Positions 34,808-44,861 of a stretch of 64,000 bases of DNA are shown here, in pieces. The stretch is from a virus. The notes below the pieces were generated by a model. It was not told the DNA's origin and did no database searches. It saw nothing but the letters and a program-made list of their open reading frames with translations. The stretch covers positions 1 to 64,000 of the IMG/VR virus record IMGVR_UViG_3300044843_000488; one strand, written 5' to 3'. A program made the translations under genes and the position numbers. Each line of letters begins with the position of its first letter. Within the stretch, counting starts at the first letter, position 1.

Positions 34808-37800
34808 TCAACATGCCTCCTGGTCGCTTCTCTTCAAGGATGACGCGCTTAACAGCGCTATCAATAGCTTTACTGAGTTTACCGGCCTGGTCTCCAGACA
34901 TTTGCGTGTCTGTTTTACCTTCGTTGTTCACATTAACTGTGATATTGGTGGTTATAGGTGCTCCAGCACCGCCGCTACCTTTCATATCTACTGGAATCGC
35001 CTTCCCGTTGGGCAATGGCACAATCGCTTCGTTGTACGCGCCCTCCCCTACCAGGCCCAGCGTAGGTCGCTTTACGACACCTCCTTGAGCAAATGCCTGG
35101 AAGCCCCCAACAAGAATGTTCCCGTTCCGGCTGAATACTGCGGAGTAGTCCGGAGGCCCATCTTTGAGGAACATGCCGCCCCCGCCGGAACCCATTCCAC
35201 TCATTAGGCTCTCCAGCCCGAAGCCACTTGGTGCGCTCCCTCCTCCGCCTCCTCCGCCAAATAGCCCGCCAAATATCCCACCTCCTCCGCCTCCACCCAT
35301 TGTGTTGCCAAACAGTCCAAGTAGTGATTTCAGCACAATCATTTTGATCATGTCTGCAATGATCTTTTGTGCCATTTGGAAGAACGAATCGGCAACACTC
35401 GTAAACATGTCAGCGAGGACTTCCTTTACTGTCTTTGAGCCCGTAAGAATGTCGCGTACACCGAACGAAAATGCTTGACCAACGGCTTGGCCAACCCCAG
35501 ACGCCACATCGCTGAGCATTTGGAACTCATTGCGCATTGCCTCAAATTCGCCCTGTCGCTCAGCATCGAATAGCTTCTGCTGTCTGAATGCTTCAAATTT
35601 TGCTCTTAGCTCGTCGGCCGCATCCCCTGTAGCGGTACGCCAATCACCATTTTCTTGATCAAGACGTGCAGCTTCTGCTGCGATTTCACCTTCCGCCAGT
35701 ATGCGTTGCTGCTCGCGAGGGTCGTAGTACGTCTGGGCCTGCATCTGTGCACTTCCCGTGATGATGCCCTGGGTTGTTCCCAGTGCACTTTGACGGGTCT
35801 TATTCATCATGTCGATGATGGCTGCTTTTTGCCGTTCGGCATTCAGCGCTTGTAGCCGCATCTTTAATTCTGTGTCAAGCTGTTCTTTCGTTCCACCCGG
35901 TCCGTAGAAGCGTTTCTTCAAATCTGCTTCGATCTCTTTTAGTTTTTCCGCAGTCATCCCCCGCTGCTTTCCGGCTTGTTCAATAGCCTCCGCCATCTCT
36001 CTTTCGTAAATCCTGAGTTTTGCAAGTTGCTCGCCGTATATGGCAACTTTCTCAGGGTCCATCCCCTTCTTCGCAGCCTCAGCAAATGCTTGGACTTGAA
36101 TCGTGACGTCCTTAAACTGCTCTACAGGAATATTTGGAGCCAGAGCTTTAAAGAACTGCTCTAGGTTCTCTTGATTGGTAATTTCTTGGTTGCGTTTTTC
36201 GAAGGTTAGTAGCTGATCATTCAAACTAATTAGCCCTCGCTTCGCTTGTTCAATTCCTCCTGTCGAGGGGGCGGCCACTGTAGGAGTACTCATATCCGGT
36301 CTCGCAGTCGGCGCACTACCGGTCGCTTTACTACCCTGCTGAAGGTGCAGGAATCTATTGCCAAACCCAAATCTCGAGGGTGCGGTATACCCTCCCCCAC
36401 TGCTGTCGTATGCGACAGGTCCCACGGGTACAGGTACTGGTGTGCCCATCGGTACCGCTAGATCGATGGCCCCACTACTCGCCCCGGGACGTCTCCCTCG
36501 GGTCGCATCATGGGCTACCTGTTCCATTCTCAGCAGTCGCTGAAGCTCACTGGAGCTTGTGACCCTCGTGATGTCTTTGTTGATGTTTGACAGCACGATG
36601 TACTTCACTCCCATCTGTTGCCATGCTTTAATGATCGCTTCGGCTTCTTTTAGGACGTTTGCAGGGTTTGGTCCCCTTAGATCCAAATGAGGGCCACTGC
36701 TCCTACCGCTGCTTCCTACACGTGCTGTAGCGCCTGCCCCGCCGGGGAGCATGGCACCGCCCCCTGTGGGGGTGCTTCCACCAGGGGGGTTGCTTCCTCC
36801 TAAATTTGCAAGTTCTTGTTGCTTTCTTGCATATTCTGCGGCGTCCATCTCAATCTTGGCGCCTTGTTTCTTCATTTCCAGAATTTTCTGGGCAATGTCA
36901 TACTTGTAGTTTTCAATTTCTTTTTCGATCTCTGCTGCACGAAGTTGGAATTCTCTTCGGCGGGCCTCAATCGCAGTTTCCCCTTTCTCTTTTTCACTAA
37001 TGTAGGTATTCAGCGCCTCAAGGGCAGCTGCCGATGCTCCTTCTTGGCCATCGATCAGTTTTTTGTTGTAGATGTCAAGCTCTCTTACACGCAGCTCTTC
37101 GCCAGCTTGAAATACTTCTATTTGCTGGCGAGCCAGCTCCATGCGAGCCGAAAATTCGGCATTAGCTGTTTCGCGGGCTAGATCTGCTTGTTGTTTGGCC
37201 AGTTGTTCATTGGCTGCGCCGATCTCTTTCTTTCTGGTCTCTACCTCGTCTGACAGCGATTCTCTTTTCTTTGTCTTTTCGTAGTCTGTAAGAGTATCGG
37301 TATATTCTTTCTCTGCCGCGAAGCGTGCACCGACCGCTTTTTGTAGTTCTGACTCCTTACCCTGTAGCGCGCTTGTGAGCGCGTTTATACCTTGAATATC
37401 CAGTCCGAATGCAAACCCTTTTCTGTCTGCCAGCTCTTTCTTAAGCTTCTTGATGTCTTCTGTTAGTTGATTGACTTTCTTGTCTGCGTCGTTAAAAGCG
37501 TCTTTTTGCTCGGCAAGCTTACTAGTAACAATGCTCTCAGCCAGTTCTTTTTGTGCGCGGGATGCAGCAGATGAATTCTCATCGACGTATTTAAGTTCTC
37601 TATTCAGGCTCTGCAGAGCATCCTTAGCCCTTTTATCGCTAGCAACTTTTTCTTGAGCTCTCTGCCACCTGCCGAAGGCGTCTACAACAGCTGTTATCGC
37701 CAACTGAACCAGTAGCAAAATAGCGTTGAACTTAAGCATGTTCAACGCCAGCATCTTCATACCGTTACCAAGGGCATTTGCCGCAACATTGGCGGTCGTC

Positions 37801-39635
37801 ATTGCTGTACCTGCTCCCTTAGCAGCAGTGCCCGTAGCCGTAAGAGCAGCAGCTAATTGATTCACTGCTGGGACCGCTACTCCAAGACGAGCTATTAGCG
37901 CTGTGATTGCTTGCCCTAAGGCTGTCATCATCGTGCCCGCAGCAAGCAGTGCCTGACCTAGTGCACGTTGAATGGCTGCGGCAGCAGACGTAACTGCCGC
38001 CACAATTGTGCCCCACATCTGCGTGAACGCAATTCCGCCGGCTACCAGCTTCACAAAGCCCATTACACCGACAGTTTCCAGCAGCTTGAACTGGGCAGTT
38101 AGTGAACTGAAGTACTGGACAAGCGGAAGGTTTAGAAACTGCCCGTACAGCTGTAGTAGCGATGATGTTGCTGAGATTAAGGGCTGTGCTGCAGCCAGAA
38201 GGTTCTGGAACGCTTGCAGCAATTGCTGAAAGACTTCGACTTTAAGACCTACGAATCCAGAGGCTAAAGCACCTAAGCCTTGCGTGAGGCTCGCAATGCT
38301 TTTTGCTAAAAGATCAAATACGTTGCGCAGCGGCTCTGCCACTTTTGCCGCAAGAGCTGCGATCTTTGTTGAAATTCTGTCTAGGGCAGTGGCGGCATCT
38401 TCCGCAATTTGTTTGCTTTGCGCCTGCCCTCCACTCAACGCTCTTGAATTTCCAACTGATTGTGTTCCTAGGGTCGAGAAAGCCCCCGCAATTCCCCCTC
38501 CAAGAGCTTTGGCTGCGGCGAACGCCTGTTCTTTAATTCCACTTAAAAGTCCGTAGACCTTCCCAAGCCCAGCAACCAGGGGATCTACTAACGGTGCACC
38601 AAATTCCTTACCCAACAGCTCGGCAAGGTCTCGGAGGTTAGACGTGATTCCACTGAAGCTTTTAGCCGCTATGGCTTGGCCAGCTACAGCAGCTTGTAGT
38701 TTCTTGTTTAGGAAACCAACAACACCCTCTGTGCTTGTCTTCGCCTTACTGACGTCTTCGTTTGTTATGCCTAAAGCTTTTGCCAGGTATGAATCAGTTG
38801 TAATGTCACCCCGCAAGATTGAACCAATCTCTTGTCGGGCTTGGTATAGCGGTATGCCGAAAGTACCAAGAGCACCTGAGAATGCAATTGCTAGGTCTTC
38901 AGCATCTTTTAAGCTCCCTCCAACTGACCCGATTTGCTGGGCCACCATGCCAAAGACTTCAACAACTTCACCACTAGTAACACCAGCGAGATCCAGCGAC
39001 CGCTTTCGGATACTATCAATCCGCTTTTCAATCGTGCCGGTTAGAGCAACAATTGCTTTGTACGGGTCTGTTACTACTTTCCCGTTTACCAGCACGTCAT
39101 TGGTCGAAGCCAATGCAGTCTGTGTCTTTAGAAGCTGCTCGCGAAATGCAATCTCTTGGCCTAGTGTTGCTTTAAAGAAACCCCCAAATGCGCCCTGGAG
39201 TGCACCAACGATTTGCTGAAGACCGTAAAGCGCAAAGCCTGCTTTTGCCAGATTATTGGTTAGCTTTCCGACTGCACTTATTGAACCCTCGAATGAATTC
39301 TTTAGGATGTTTCCAGCCTTGGCGCCTTCCTTAAGATCCTGGCTGATCTGTGGAATTTGCTTTGTGGTCTGGATTAGCTTCTGCGCTGATTCAATCTTGT
39401 CTTGGAGAAAGGGTGTGCGTTGCGCAACATTTAACGTAGTCTTTAGGGCGCCCCCAATTTCTTCAATGTCTTTTTTGAGTCGTCGAATATTATTCGCTGC
39501 GGTGCTAATCGAGAAATCTATTTCACGTTTCTTATTCGCTACGTTATCGGCCGTCTTGCCGAGGTCGCTGATATCCTGCTTTGCCCTTCCGGTCTCAGCG
39601 GAAATAAAAAGAGTTAGGTCCCCAAGAGAAGCCAC
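34797..39635 (-). CDS. Tape measure protein with an embedded M23-like peptidase region
   Basis: 1612 aa, Ala-rich helical; C-terminal FAQGG..GEG..EAIVPL..EKRPGGML; follows the chaperone genes. Confidence 0.92.
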   Translation of the reverse strand: MASLGDLTLFISAETGRAKQDISDLGKTADNVANKKREIDFSISTAANNIRRLKKDIEEIGGALKTTLNVAQRTPFLQDKIESAQKLIQTTKQIPQISQDLKEGAKAGNILKNSFEGSISAVGKLTNNLAKAGFALYGLQQIVGALQGAFGGFFKATLGQEIAFREQLLKTQTALASTNDVLVNGKVVTDPYKAIVALTGTIEKRIDSIRKRSLDLAGVTSGEVVEVFGMVAQQIGSVGGSLKDAEDLAIAFSGALGTFGIPLYQARQEIGSILRGDITTDSYLAKALGITNEDVSKAKTSTEGVVGFLNKKLQAAVAGQAIAAKSFSGITSNLRDLAELLGKEFGAPLVDPLVAGLGKVYGLLSGIKEQAFAAAKALGGGIAGAFSTLGTQSVGNSRALSGGQAQSKQIAEDAATALDRISTKIAALAAKVAEPLRNVFDLLAKSIASLTQGLGALASGFVGLKVEVFQQLLQAFQNLLAAAQPLISATSSLLQLYGQFLNLPLVQYFSSLTAQFKLLETVGVMGFVKLVAGGIAFTQMWGTIVAAVTSAAAAIQRALGQALLAAGTMMTALGQAITALIARLGVAVPAVNQLAAALTATGTAAKGAGTAMTTANVAANALGNGMKMLALNMLKFNAILLLVQLAITAVVDAFGRWQRAQEKVASDKRAKDALQSLNRELKYVDENSSAASRAQKELAESIVTSKLAEQKDAFNDADKKVNQLTEDIKKLKKELADRKGFAFGLDIQGINALTSALQGKESELQKAVGARFAAEKEYTDTLTDYEKTKKRESLSDEVETRKKEIGAANEQLAKQQADLARETANAEFSARMELARQQIEVFQAGEELRVRELDIYNKKLIDGQEGASAAALEALNTYISEKEKGETAIEARRREFQLRAAEIEKEIENYKYDIAQKILEMKKQGAKIEMDAAEYARKQQELANLGGSNPPGGSTPTGGGAMLPGGAGATARVGSSGRSSGPHLDLRGPNPANVLKEAEAIIKAWQQMGVKYIVLSNINKDITRVTSSSELQRLLRMEQVAHDATRGRRPGASSGAIDLAVPMGTPVPVPVGPVAYDSSGGGYTAPSRFGFGNRFLHLQQGSKATGSAPTARPDMSTPTVAAPSTGGIEQAKRGLISLNDQLLTFEKRNQEITNQENLEQFFKALAPNIPVEQFKDVTIQVQAFAEAAKKGMDPEKVAIYGEQLAKLRIYEREMAEAIEQAGKQRGMTAEKLKEIEADLKKRFYGPGGTKEQLDTELKMRLQALNAERQKAAIIDMMNKTRQSALGTTQGIITGSAQMQAQTYYDPREQQRILAEGEIAAEAARLDQENGDWRTATGDAADELRAKFEAFRQQKLFDAERQGEFEAMRNEFQMLSDVASGVGQAVGQAFSFGVRDILTGSKTVKEVLADMFTSVADSFFQMAQKIIADMIKMIVLKSLLGLFGNTMGGGGGGGIFGGLFGGGGGGGSAPSGFGLESLMSGMGSGGGGMFLKDGPPDYSAVFSRNGNILVGGFQAFAQGGVVKRPTLGLVGEGAYNEAIVPLPNGKAIPVDMKGSGGAGAPITTNITVNVNNEGKTDTQMSGDQAGKLSKAIDSAVKRVILEEKRPGGMLSGR

Positions 39636-39670
39636 AGCGCACCTTTCCGTTTTCTTATTTTAGCTGGCTT

Positions 39671-40123
39671 CTAAATCGATGTGACCTTACTTAGCGCGGC
39701 TACTACGTGAACGGGTAGCTTCCTTTCTCTGATCACCTTATTTAAGATCTCCTCGGTTTCGGTCTGCTTTGCGGCTACTTCTTCGTTCAAAACAAAAGGC
39801 AATAGCTCGTCAAGCGTCAGCTTTGCCTCCTTCTTGCTACCTGCTAAGGCTTGAGCAACATTGACGACTACTAGTGCTAACTTTGCCGTCGATATAGAGG
39901 CTATATTGGCGCGCCTTTTTTCTTCCTCGTAGACGAACTCTAAGAGCATATTTACCTCTTTTAAAGGTGTTCGCAAAAAGGTTGCACGAGTATAGTCCTC
40001 CCCAAAAGGAGAGACTTTTAGTTTTAGGTACAGCTTGGTGACGTCGAGAGGCTTTTGCGCCAGGAACCTTCGATAACTGTCTATGTGCTTTTCTGGATCC
40101 TCGTCACCCTCATTCAGTTTCCC
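39671..40123 (-). CDS. Tail assembly chaperone T segment (gpGT via -1 frameshift)
   Basis: Frame is open from the G_GGA_AAC slippery site (40123-40117) through the 39671-39976 ORF. Confidence 0.8.
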   Translation of the reverse strand, partial: GKLNEGDEDPEKHIDSYRRFLAQKPLDVTKLYLKLKVSPFGEDYTRATFLRTPLKEVNMLLEFVYEEEKRRANIASISTAKLALVVVNVAQALAGSKKEAKLTLDELLPFVLNEEVAAKQTETEEILNKVIRERKLPVHVVAALSKVTSI

Positions 40124-40611
40124 GCTTCTTCCTCACCAGTGGGCCAGCCATTTCGCTCCCAATTAATGAACGTAAAAATGTCGTTCAACAACCGGCTGGG
40201 AATCAGAAGGGTGTCTTCTCGCGTCCAGTCACGAGTCTCTACCCATTCGTTAGTTTCCTTGATCTCCCCTCTGAACCGCAAGAAGAGTGTCACCATCTCA
40301 ATTTGCTGCTCAGCGACCGTCGAACTATCCTTTTGGATTTCTGCCAGTTCTTCGGCGTGCTCGTACAGAACCTCATTATCGCTTTCAGTATTGCTAAGCA
40401 ACTCCAACGCATCCTTGACGCCAATCTTGCGCTTTTTGGAAACCGCTTTTGCGATTTTAAGCAGGGAGTACGTGTTCTGTGCCTGCTTCCTGGCAATATC
40501 CTCGACGCCCTCTGCTTCGCCCGCAACAAGATCTTTATAGATCGGGAAACGAAACGGGAGAATCTCGTGATATTCCTTTTCTTTGAAAAAAAGCTTTGCG
40601 TAACGGCTCAT
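40114..40611 (-). CDS. Tail assembly chaperone G
   Basis: Between the tail tube and tape measure genes; ends GCG GGA AAC TGA. Confidence 0.82.
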   Translation of the reverse strand: MSRYAKLFFKEKEYHEILPFRFPIYKDLVAGEAEGVEDIARKQAQNTYSLLKIAKAVSKKRKIGVKDALELLSNTESDNEVLYEHAEELAEIQKDSSTVAEQQIEMVTLFLRFRGEIKETNEWVETRDWTREDTLLIPSRLLNDIFTFINWERNGWPTGEEEAGN

Positions 40612-40838
40612 CAGTCTATGAAAAACGATGTATCTGACGCCACAAGCTCTGTGGCTGAGTTTTCCGCGTCAGGTGGGATAACCACAGTCAATTTACCACC
40701 CTCTTCGGTAATGAGTGTCATCAATGAAGACGAAAAAGGGGCGATATAAACCGCCCCTACTTCCAGTAACTCGCCTGACACTGTGCAGTTAATAAAGTAC
40801 GATTGCTTGTCTTCTGAGACCAGCAGATCGTATTTCAT
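40611..40838 (-). CDS. Hypothetical protein
   Basis: TGATG-coupled on both sides. Confidence 0.6.
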   Translation of the reverse strand: MKYDLLVSEDKQSYFINCTVSGELLEVGAVYIAPFSSSLMTLITEEGGKLTVVIPPDAENSATELVASDTSFFID

Positions 40839-41407
40839 CAGTACACGGTCAGAGCAGTCGAGCTGGCGTCGTAGATTCCCGACCAGATGCGGCCACGGGA
40901 CTGGAACGTCCAGGAGTATTCGATCAGGCCGTCAGAAGGCGAAGCCTCAGACACGCCCGTGATACAAGCTTGGAACATGCGAGCGTGGTACTTGTGGTTG
41001 CCTGTGGTGTCGGCTCCGAGGTAGGTGAACTGTTCCACCCAAATCTCGGTATCAGGATCCGACTCGGCGTCCAGGACCAGCCTCAGACCGGGATCAACGT
41101 CAGCGTTCGGGACGCCACCAGTAGCCAGGCTATTGATGAAGTAGGCGGAGCAAGCCAGTTCACCAGCTTGGGTCACACCCACGGAGTCGCGCCAGCCGCT
41201 GTCACCCAGCAAATAGAACTCCTGAGAGTTGGGCGACGGGGTGAATTCTGCCTTCGTGGCCCCTTTGAGCCAGTTATAGGTCAGGCCAGTCGGAGCGGTG
41301 ATTGCGCCTGACGACACAGTAGCGGTTTTACGGGTGCTGCCAGGGTCAGCGACACGGACGATACGGTCCCGCCCCTTGGCAAATGCACCACCAGGAAGAT
41401 TAGCCAT
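40838..41407 (-). CDS. Major tail tube protein
   Basis: Position and size; ends ..DGLIEYSWTFQSRG; strongly biased codons. Confidence 0.8.
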   Translation of the reverse strand: MANLPGGAFAKGRDRIVRVADPGSTRKTATVSSGAITAPTGLTYNWLKGATKAEFTPSPNSQEFYLLGDSGWRDSVGVTQAGELACSAYFINSLATGGVPNADVDPGLRLVLDAESDPDTEIWVEQFTYLGADTTGNHKYHARMFQACITGVSEASPSDGLIEYSWTFQSRGRIWSGIYDASSTALTVY

Positions 41408-41808
41408 TAGCCTCTCTCAGGTTGAATCGAGTAATCGGGGATAAAAACTTTCAGCGTTTCAAATGAGATGTCAGTTTGCGGTACGTGGACTGCATCCTGA
41501 ATATCAGGGAACCACTGAAAGAGAAGCTCGCGCACCTCGGCTAGTGTTTGAGCCGTGTCGTAGCTGGTGAGATTGATCGGCCAACGGACGTCCAGAATCA
41601 CGGCTTGCGACAAGGTGGGCTTGTTCACCATTTCGGGGACTTCGTCGATGACACATTCAATGCCACTAACTGTCCAGTCTTTGGGAACTTGCTGCTGGCC
41701 CCGTACCCATAGGGCGGGGGACGTAGATCCATCTGGAAGATTATAGTTTCCCAATCTGGACCCAATTGCCGAGTTAATTAGGCCACGTATTTGTGTGATA
41801 CTAGCCAT
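41407..41808 (-). CDS. Tail terminator / completion protein (putative)
   Basis: Synteny and size. Confidence 0.6.
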   Translation of the reverse strand: MASITQIRGLINSAIGSRLGNYNLPDGSTSPALWVRGQQQVPKDWTVSGIECVIDEVPEMVNKPTLSQAVILDVRWPINLTSYDTAQTLAEVRELLFQWFPDIQDAVHVPQTDISFETLKVFIPDYSIQPERG

Positions 41809-42172
41809 TTAACTCTCTCCTAAGTATAGTCTCAAAGAACTTCTTAGGGTCTACGTTCTCCAGAGCCGTCTTTGTCCAAGGGCGTGCAGGCCATTCGCCG
41901 CCTCCCTTCAGCTTTGTACCTTCATGAACTTGAAGGGCATACTCAACGGGCCAGCTGAACTGATACCTATTGTTTCCGGCCTTTTGGACCGTCTGGCTTG
42001 CGCGCAGGCGGCCTGTGTCCACGATGTCGCGTAAGCTTCCATCATTCCACTTCCATTTATCAGCTGATATTTCACTGGTGTACTCAGCTGATAGCCGATT
42101 TACAAGTTCTTGAGTAGCGGCCGTAATCGCTCGATCTAATACCTTGGTATCGACCTTCTGTTGTTTAGCCAT
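41801..42172 (-). CDS. HK97-gp10-like neck/tail completion protein
   Basis: IVDTGRLRAS, YA..VHEG and ARPW; start MAKQQ at 42172. Confidence 0.78.
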   Translation of the reverse strand: MAKQQKVDTKVLDRAITAATQELVNRLSAEYTSEISADKWKWNDGSLRDIVDTGRLRASQTVQKAGNNRYQFSWPVEYALQVHEGTKLKGGGEWPARPWTKTALENVDPKKFFETILRRELNG

Positions 42173-42173
42173 T

Positions 42174-42551
42174 TCAGCCTCCTTTGCCAACTTGCTCAAA
42201 TACACCAGAAAACTCCTGGTGCAGTGTGTTTCGAGCAAAAGTGAGGGAGTTTGACCCTAGATCCGTTAATCGTAACGTCCCGGATACACCGTTCACGGTG
42301 CAGGAGGCAACGGCGCCTACTTTGACTTTTGGGCTGAACGTTGTCGGACTGAGTAAGCGACCCTTGCAACTGAACTTTGCCTCATCAATGCCAGCCTTAT
42401 AGTCTTGACTACTAGTCTGCAATTGGATATGAGCCGTATAAGTCTCCGCAGTATCTACGGGGACTTTGTTGCCCGTGTTTGGGTCTATGGCGTAAGTGCT
42501 ATAGACCTTAAACACCAAGGCTGCGTTATCAAAGGGTGCGTAGGCTCCCAT
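42174..42551 (-). CDS. Head closure protein (putative)
   Basis: Synteny and size. Confidence 0.6.
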   Translation of the reverse strand: MGAYAPFDNAALVFKVYSTYAIDPNTGNKVPVDTAETYTAHIQLQTSSQDYKAGIDEAKFSCKGRLLSPTTFSPKVKVGAVASCTVNGVSGTLRLTDLGSNSLTFARNTLHQEFSGVFEQVGKGG

Positions 42552-42856
42552 CAGAACGCAAATCCTACGTTAATGAGGCTGCGTTGTAAGGCGTTGAAGG
42601 TTGCACCGTATGCCGTTGCTGCGTAGCCCAGTTCGCTCTTGCTTCCTGAACCTACCCCGACTTGTGCACCTATAGCTTGGGTTCTGGAGGCCAACAGATG
42701 AGCAGCTAAGTAGCTTATGCCGTTATCGTGCTGAGCGCCCCAGACCTCACTATCACAGAAAAGCTGAGCTTCGGCGATTGCCCCCGCCACTACTGCAGGT
42801 TCCAGATTTCCAAATTCAGGGAATCTGGACAGAAAAGTGGTGGAGGTTACGGCCAT
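42551..42856 (-). CDS. DUF4054-like head-tail adaptor
   Basis: FLSRFPEF, YLAAHLL and TAYG. Confidence 0.8.
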   Translation of the reverse strand: MAVTSTTFLSRFPEFGNLEPAVVAGAIAEAQLFCDSEVWGAQHDNGISYLAAHLLASRTQAIGAQVGVGSGSKSELGYAATAYGATFNALQRSLINVGFAF

Positions 42857-43266
42857 CAGCCTTCTCCTTCAGTAATCGCCTTTACTCGCTTGGCAATCGC
42901 GTTCTTGATCCTGACGCGGTTTTCAGCAAAGTCCCACTCTTTGAGCAGGTCCAGGTCAAAGGTAGCGTCAATAGCATCAAGCGCATCTTTTACGGGCATA
43001 GTGGTGAGACCCCCGGCCGCTTTGACCGAGGTGTCCACCACTTCCACGTCTTCTTGCACTTTCAGAGCGCCGAGGGAGAGCAGGTCCTTTACCAGTGGCA
43101 GTCCCTGAATCTTCTCCCAGTCAGCCTGAGAGACATCACGGTTTACACCGGACTTAAGTTGGACGTGCTCGGTACCGCCTGCTTTGTTCCCGATGATCGA
43201 GAAACCAAGTGTGACTTCTTTGTCACGCGGCGGGTTTTCCAGCTGAGGCGTGTAAGTGATAATCAT
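42856..43266 (-). CDS. Hypothetical head-associated protein
   Basis: Directly after the capsid gene; C-terminal E.R..I..AI.KR helix. Confidence 0.65.
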   Translation of the reverse strand: MIITYTPQLENPPRDKEVTLGFSIIGNKAGGTEHVQLKSGVNRDVSQADWEKIQGLPLVKDLLSLGALKVQEDVEVVDTSVKAAGGLTTMPVKDALDAIDATFDLDLLKEWDFAENRVRIKNAIAKRVKAITEGEG

Positions 43267-43287
43267 GTTCTGAAAAACTAGGTCTTA

Positions 43288-44202
43288 TCAGGCTTTTTCG
43301 ACGTAAAGTGCGCTCTTGGGGTAGTACAGAGCGACGCCGCCGATGCGGGCGTGTGCCGCCACGGTGAACTCCAGGTTTTGGCGCACAGGGGGCAAAAACT
43401 CCAGAGTGCGGGGCACGTGCAGCTGCAGCTTTTCTGGGCTGCGGTCGTAGCAGATGATGCGGTCCTTGGACAGCTTGCTGCCAGACTTCGAAGCTTCCAG
43501 CTCGTTGATCGGCTCGATAGAGCGGATCATGGGGTTAGTGCGGAGGAAGAACTCCATCACCGTGGTATCCGAGGTGGTGCTACGGGGAGTGGTGCTGATA
43601 ACGCGATACACGTCGTAGGGCACCAGCATCGTGTTGGGAGCCTCCTTCATGTTGGAGTTCTGCACGATGCGGGTAGGAGCCTCATTCAGCAGCTCCAGCA
43701 TCTCGTCGGTGGTGATGGTTGCGTCGTCAAACCACTTCGAGGGGACAAGCTTGTCGACGTTGGCGTTGTTAAAGAAGCCGTCCATCGCCACGGCACCATC
43801 GCCGAAGTAGGCGACCTCTTGGACTTTCTCCTCATAGGCGCGACGCACAGCATTGGCGCGGCGCTGCTCCAGGTTCATGCCGGGCACCATGGCGGCAGCA
43901 CGAGTTTCCTGGATCGTGTAGGAGAAGGAGGCGCCCAGGCTGCGAACAGCATGAGTCACTTCCTTGCGCAGGACGTCCGCACGCGGCAGATCGCTTGCCT
44001 TGTCCTGAATAAGCTTCATTTTGCCCTGAGCATCAAAGATGCGGTAGGTGAAGCTGTCAGCACCAGGACCCACTTCAGTGGAAATGGGGATGATCTGGGA
44101 GTACTTGATGTCAGCGTATTGGACTTCAAAAGTCCGGGCCAGAATCTGCTCAAGCTCTCTAGCAAGAAACAGACCGGCGTCGTCGTTGCGAATATCAGTC
44201 AT
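43288..44202 (-). CDS. Major capsid protein (DUF2184 family)
   Basis: Start MTDIRNDD at 44202; FLARELEQI, DLPRAD, YTIQE, AYFGD and GGV..YYP. Confidence 0.9.
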   Translation of the reverse strand: MTDIRNDDAGLFLARELEQILARTFEVQYADIKYSQIIPISTEVGPGADSFTYRIFDAQGKMKLIQDKASDLPRADVLRKEVTHAVRSLGASFSYTIQETRAAAMVPGMNLEQRRANAVRRAYEEKVQEVAYFGDGAVAMDGFFNNANVDKLVPSKWFDDATITTDEMLELLNEAPTRIVQNSNMKEAPNTMLVPYDVYRVISTTPRSTTSDTTVMEFFLRTNPMIRSIEPINELEASKSGSKLSKDRIICYDRSPEKLQLHVPRTLEFLPPVRQNLEFTVAAHARIGGVALYYPKSALYVEKA

Positions 44203-44219
44203 TGGTTGGGTGCCTCCTA

Positions 44220-44846
44220 TCAGGTGTCTGCGGAAACAGTGAAGGTCGGGATGTCGATCTCCAGGAGGGCAATGCCACCGGCTGCAGCTGCGCTGAGCCA
44301 ACGGGCACCAGCAGTCACCTCGAAGGTCTTACCGGCAGAAGCGGTTTTGCCGAAACGGCCCTTGTATCCGCCATTGGTGGCGGCACTGGCGTGATCGGTG
44401 TGGTACAGCCGTACGGCGTCGCCCAGGGCAACGGCGTCAACGGAGTACACAAAAATGACGCCCTTGCTCAGGACATTCATCACTTGCTTGTTGGCGTAGC
44501 CGACTCGACCATCGGAGGTCTTAACGGTGCCAGGAATGGTGCCGGTGCCTTGGTAAGAACCATTGGCGTTGGCTTCAAAGGTGTAGCTGTCTGCAGCAAT
44601 GCCCAGGACTTTGGTTCCAGTAGCCCCGGCGGGGAGCTTGGCGCCAAGACCAGAGGTAGCGGCGCTATCAATGATCACGGCGTGACCAAAAGGAATGACA
44701 GCAGACGATTCATTGGTGTACGACCGGGAGACATAAGCCTGCAGGTCGCCGAGCATGCCTTCGTGACCAACAGTCAGGGTCTGAGGGTAGGAACCCTGAG
44801 CACCTGCGGGATTGGCGACGGTAGTGGTGGTGTAGGTAATAGCCAT
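44220..44846 (-). CDS. Head decoration/cement protein
   Basis: IPFGHAV, VMNVLSKG and ARW; between the scaffold and capsid genes. Confidence 0.75.
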   Translation of the reverse strand: MAITYTTTTVANPAGAQGSYPQTLTVGHEGMLGDLQAYVSRSYTNESSAVIPFGHAVIIDSAATSGLGAKLPAGATGTKVLGIAADSYTFEANANGSYQGTGTIPGTVKTSDGRVGYANKQVMNVLSKGVIFVYSVDAVALGDAVRLYHTDHASAATNGGYKGRFGKTASAGKTFEVTAGARWLSAAAAGGIALLEIDIPTFTVSADT

Positions 44847-44861
44847 TACTTTGCGCTCCTA

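Noticed and set aside
43351-44394. Long + strand ORFs antisense to the capsid gene (similar ones lie opposite int, terL and DUF932)
   Set aside because: These are shadow frames caused by strong codon bias in the real minus-strand genes and show no recognisable motifs.
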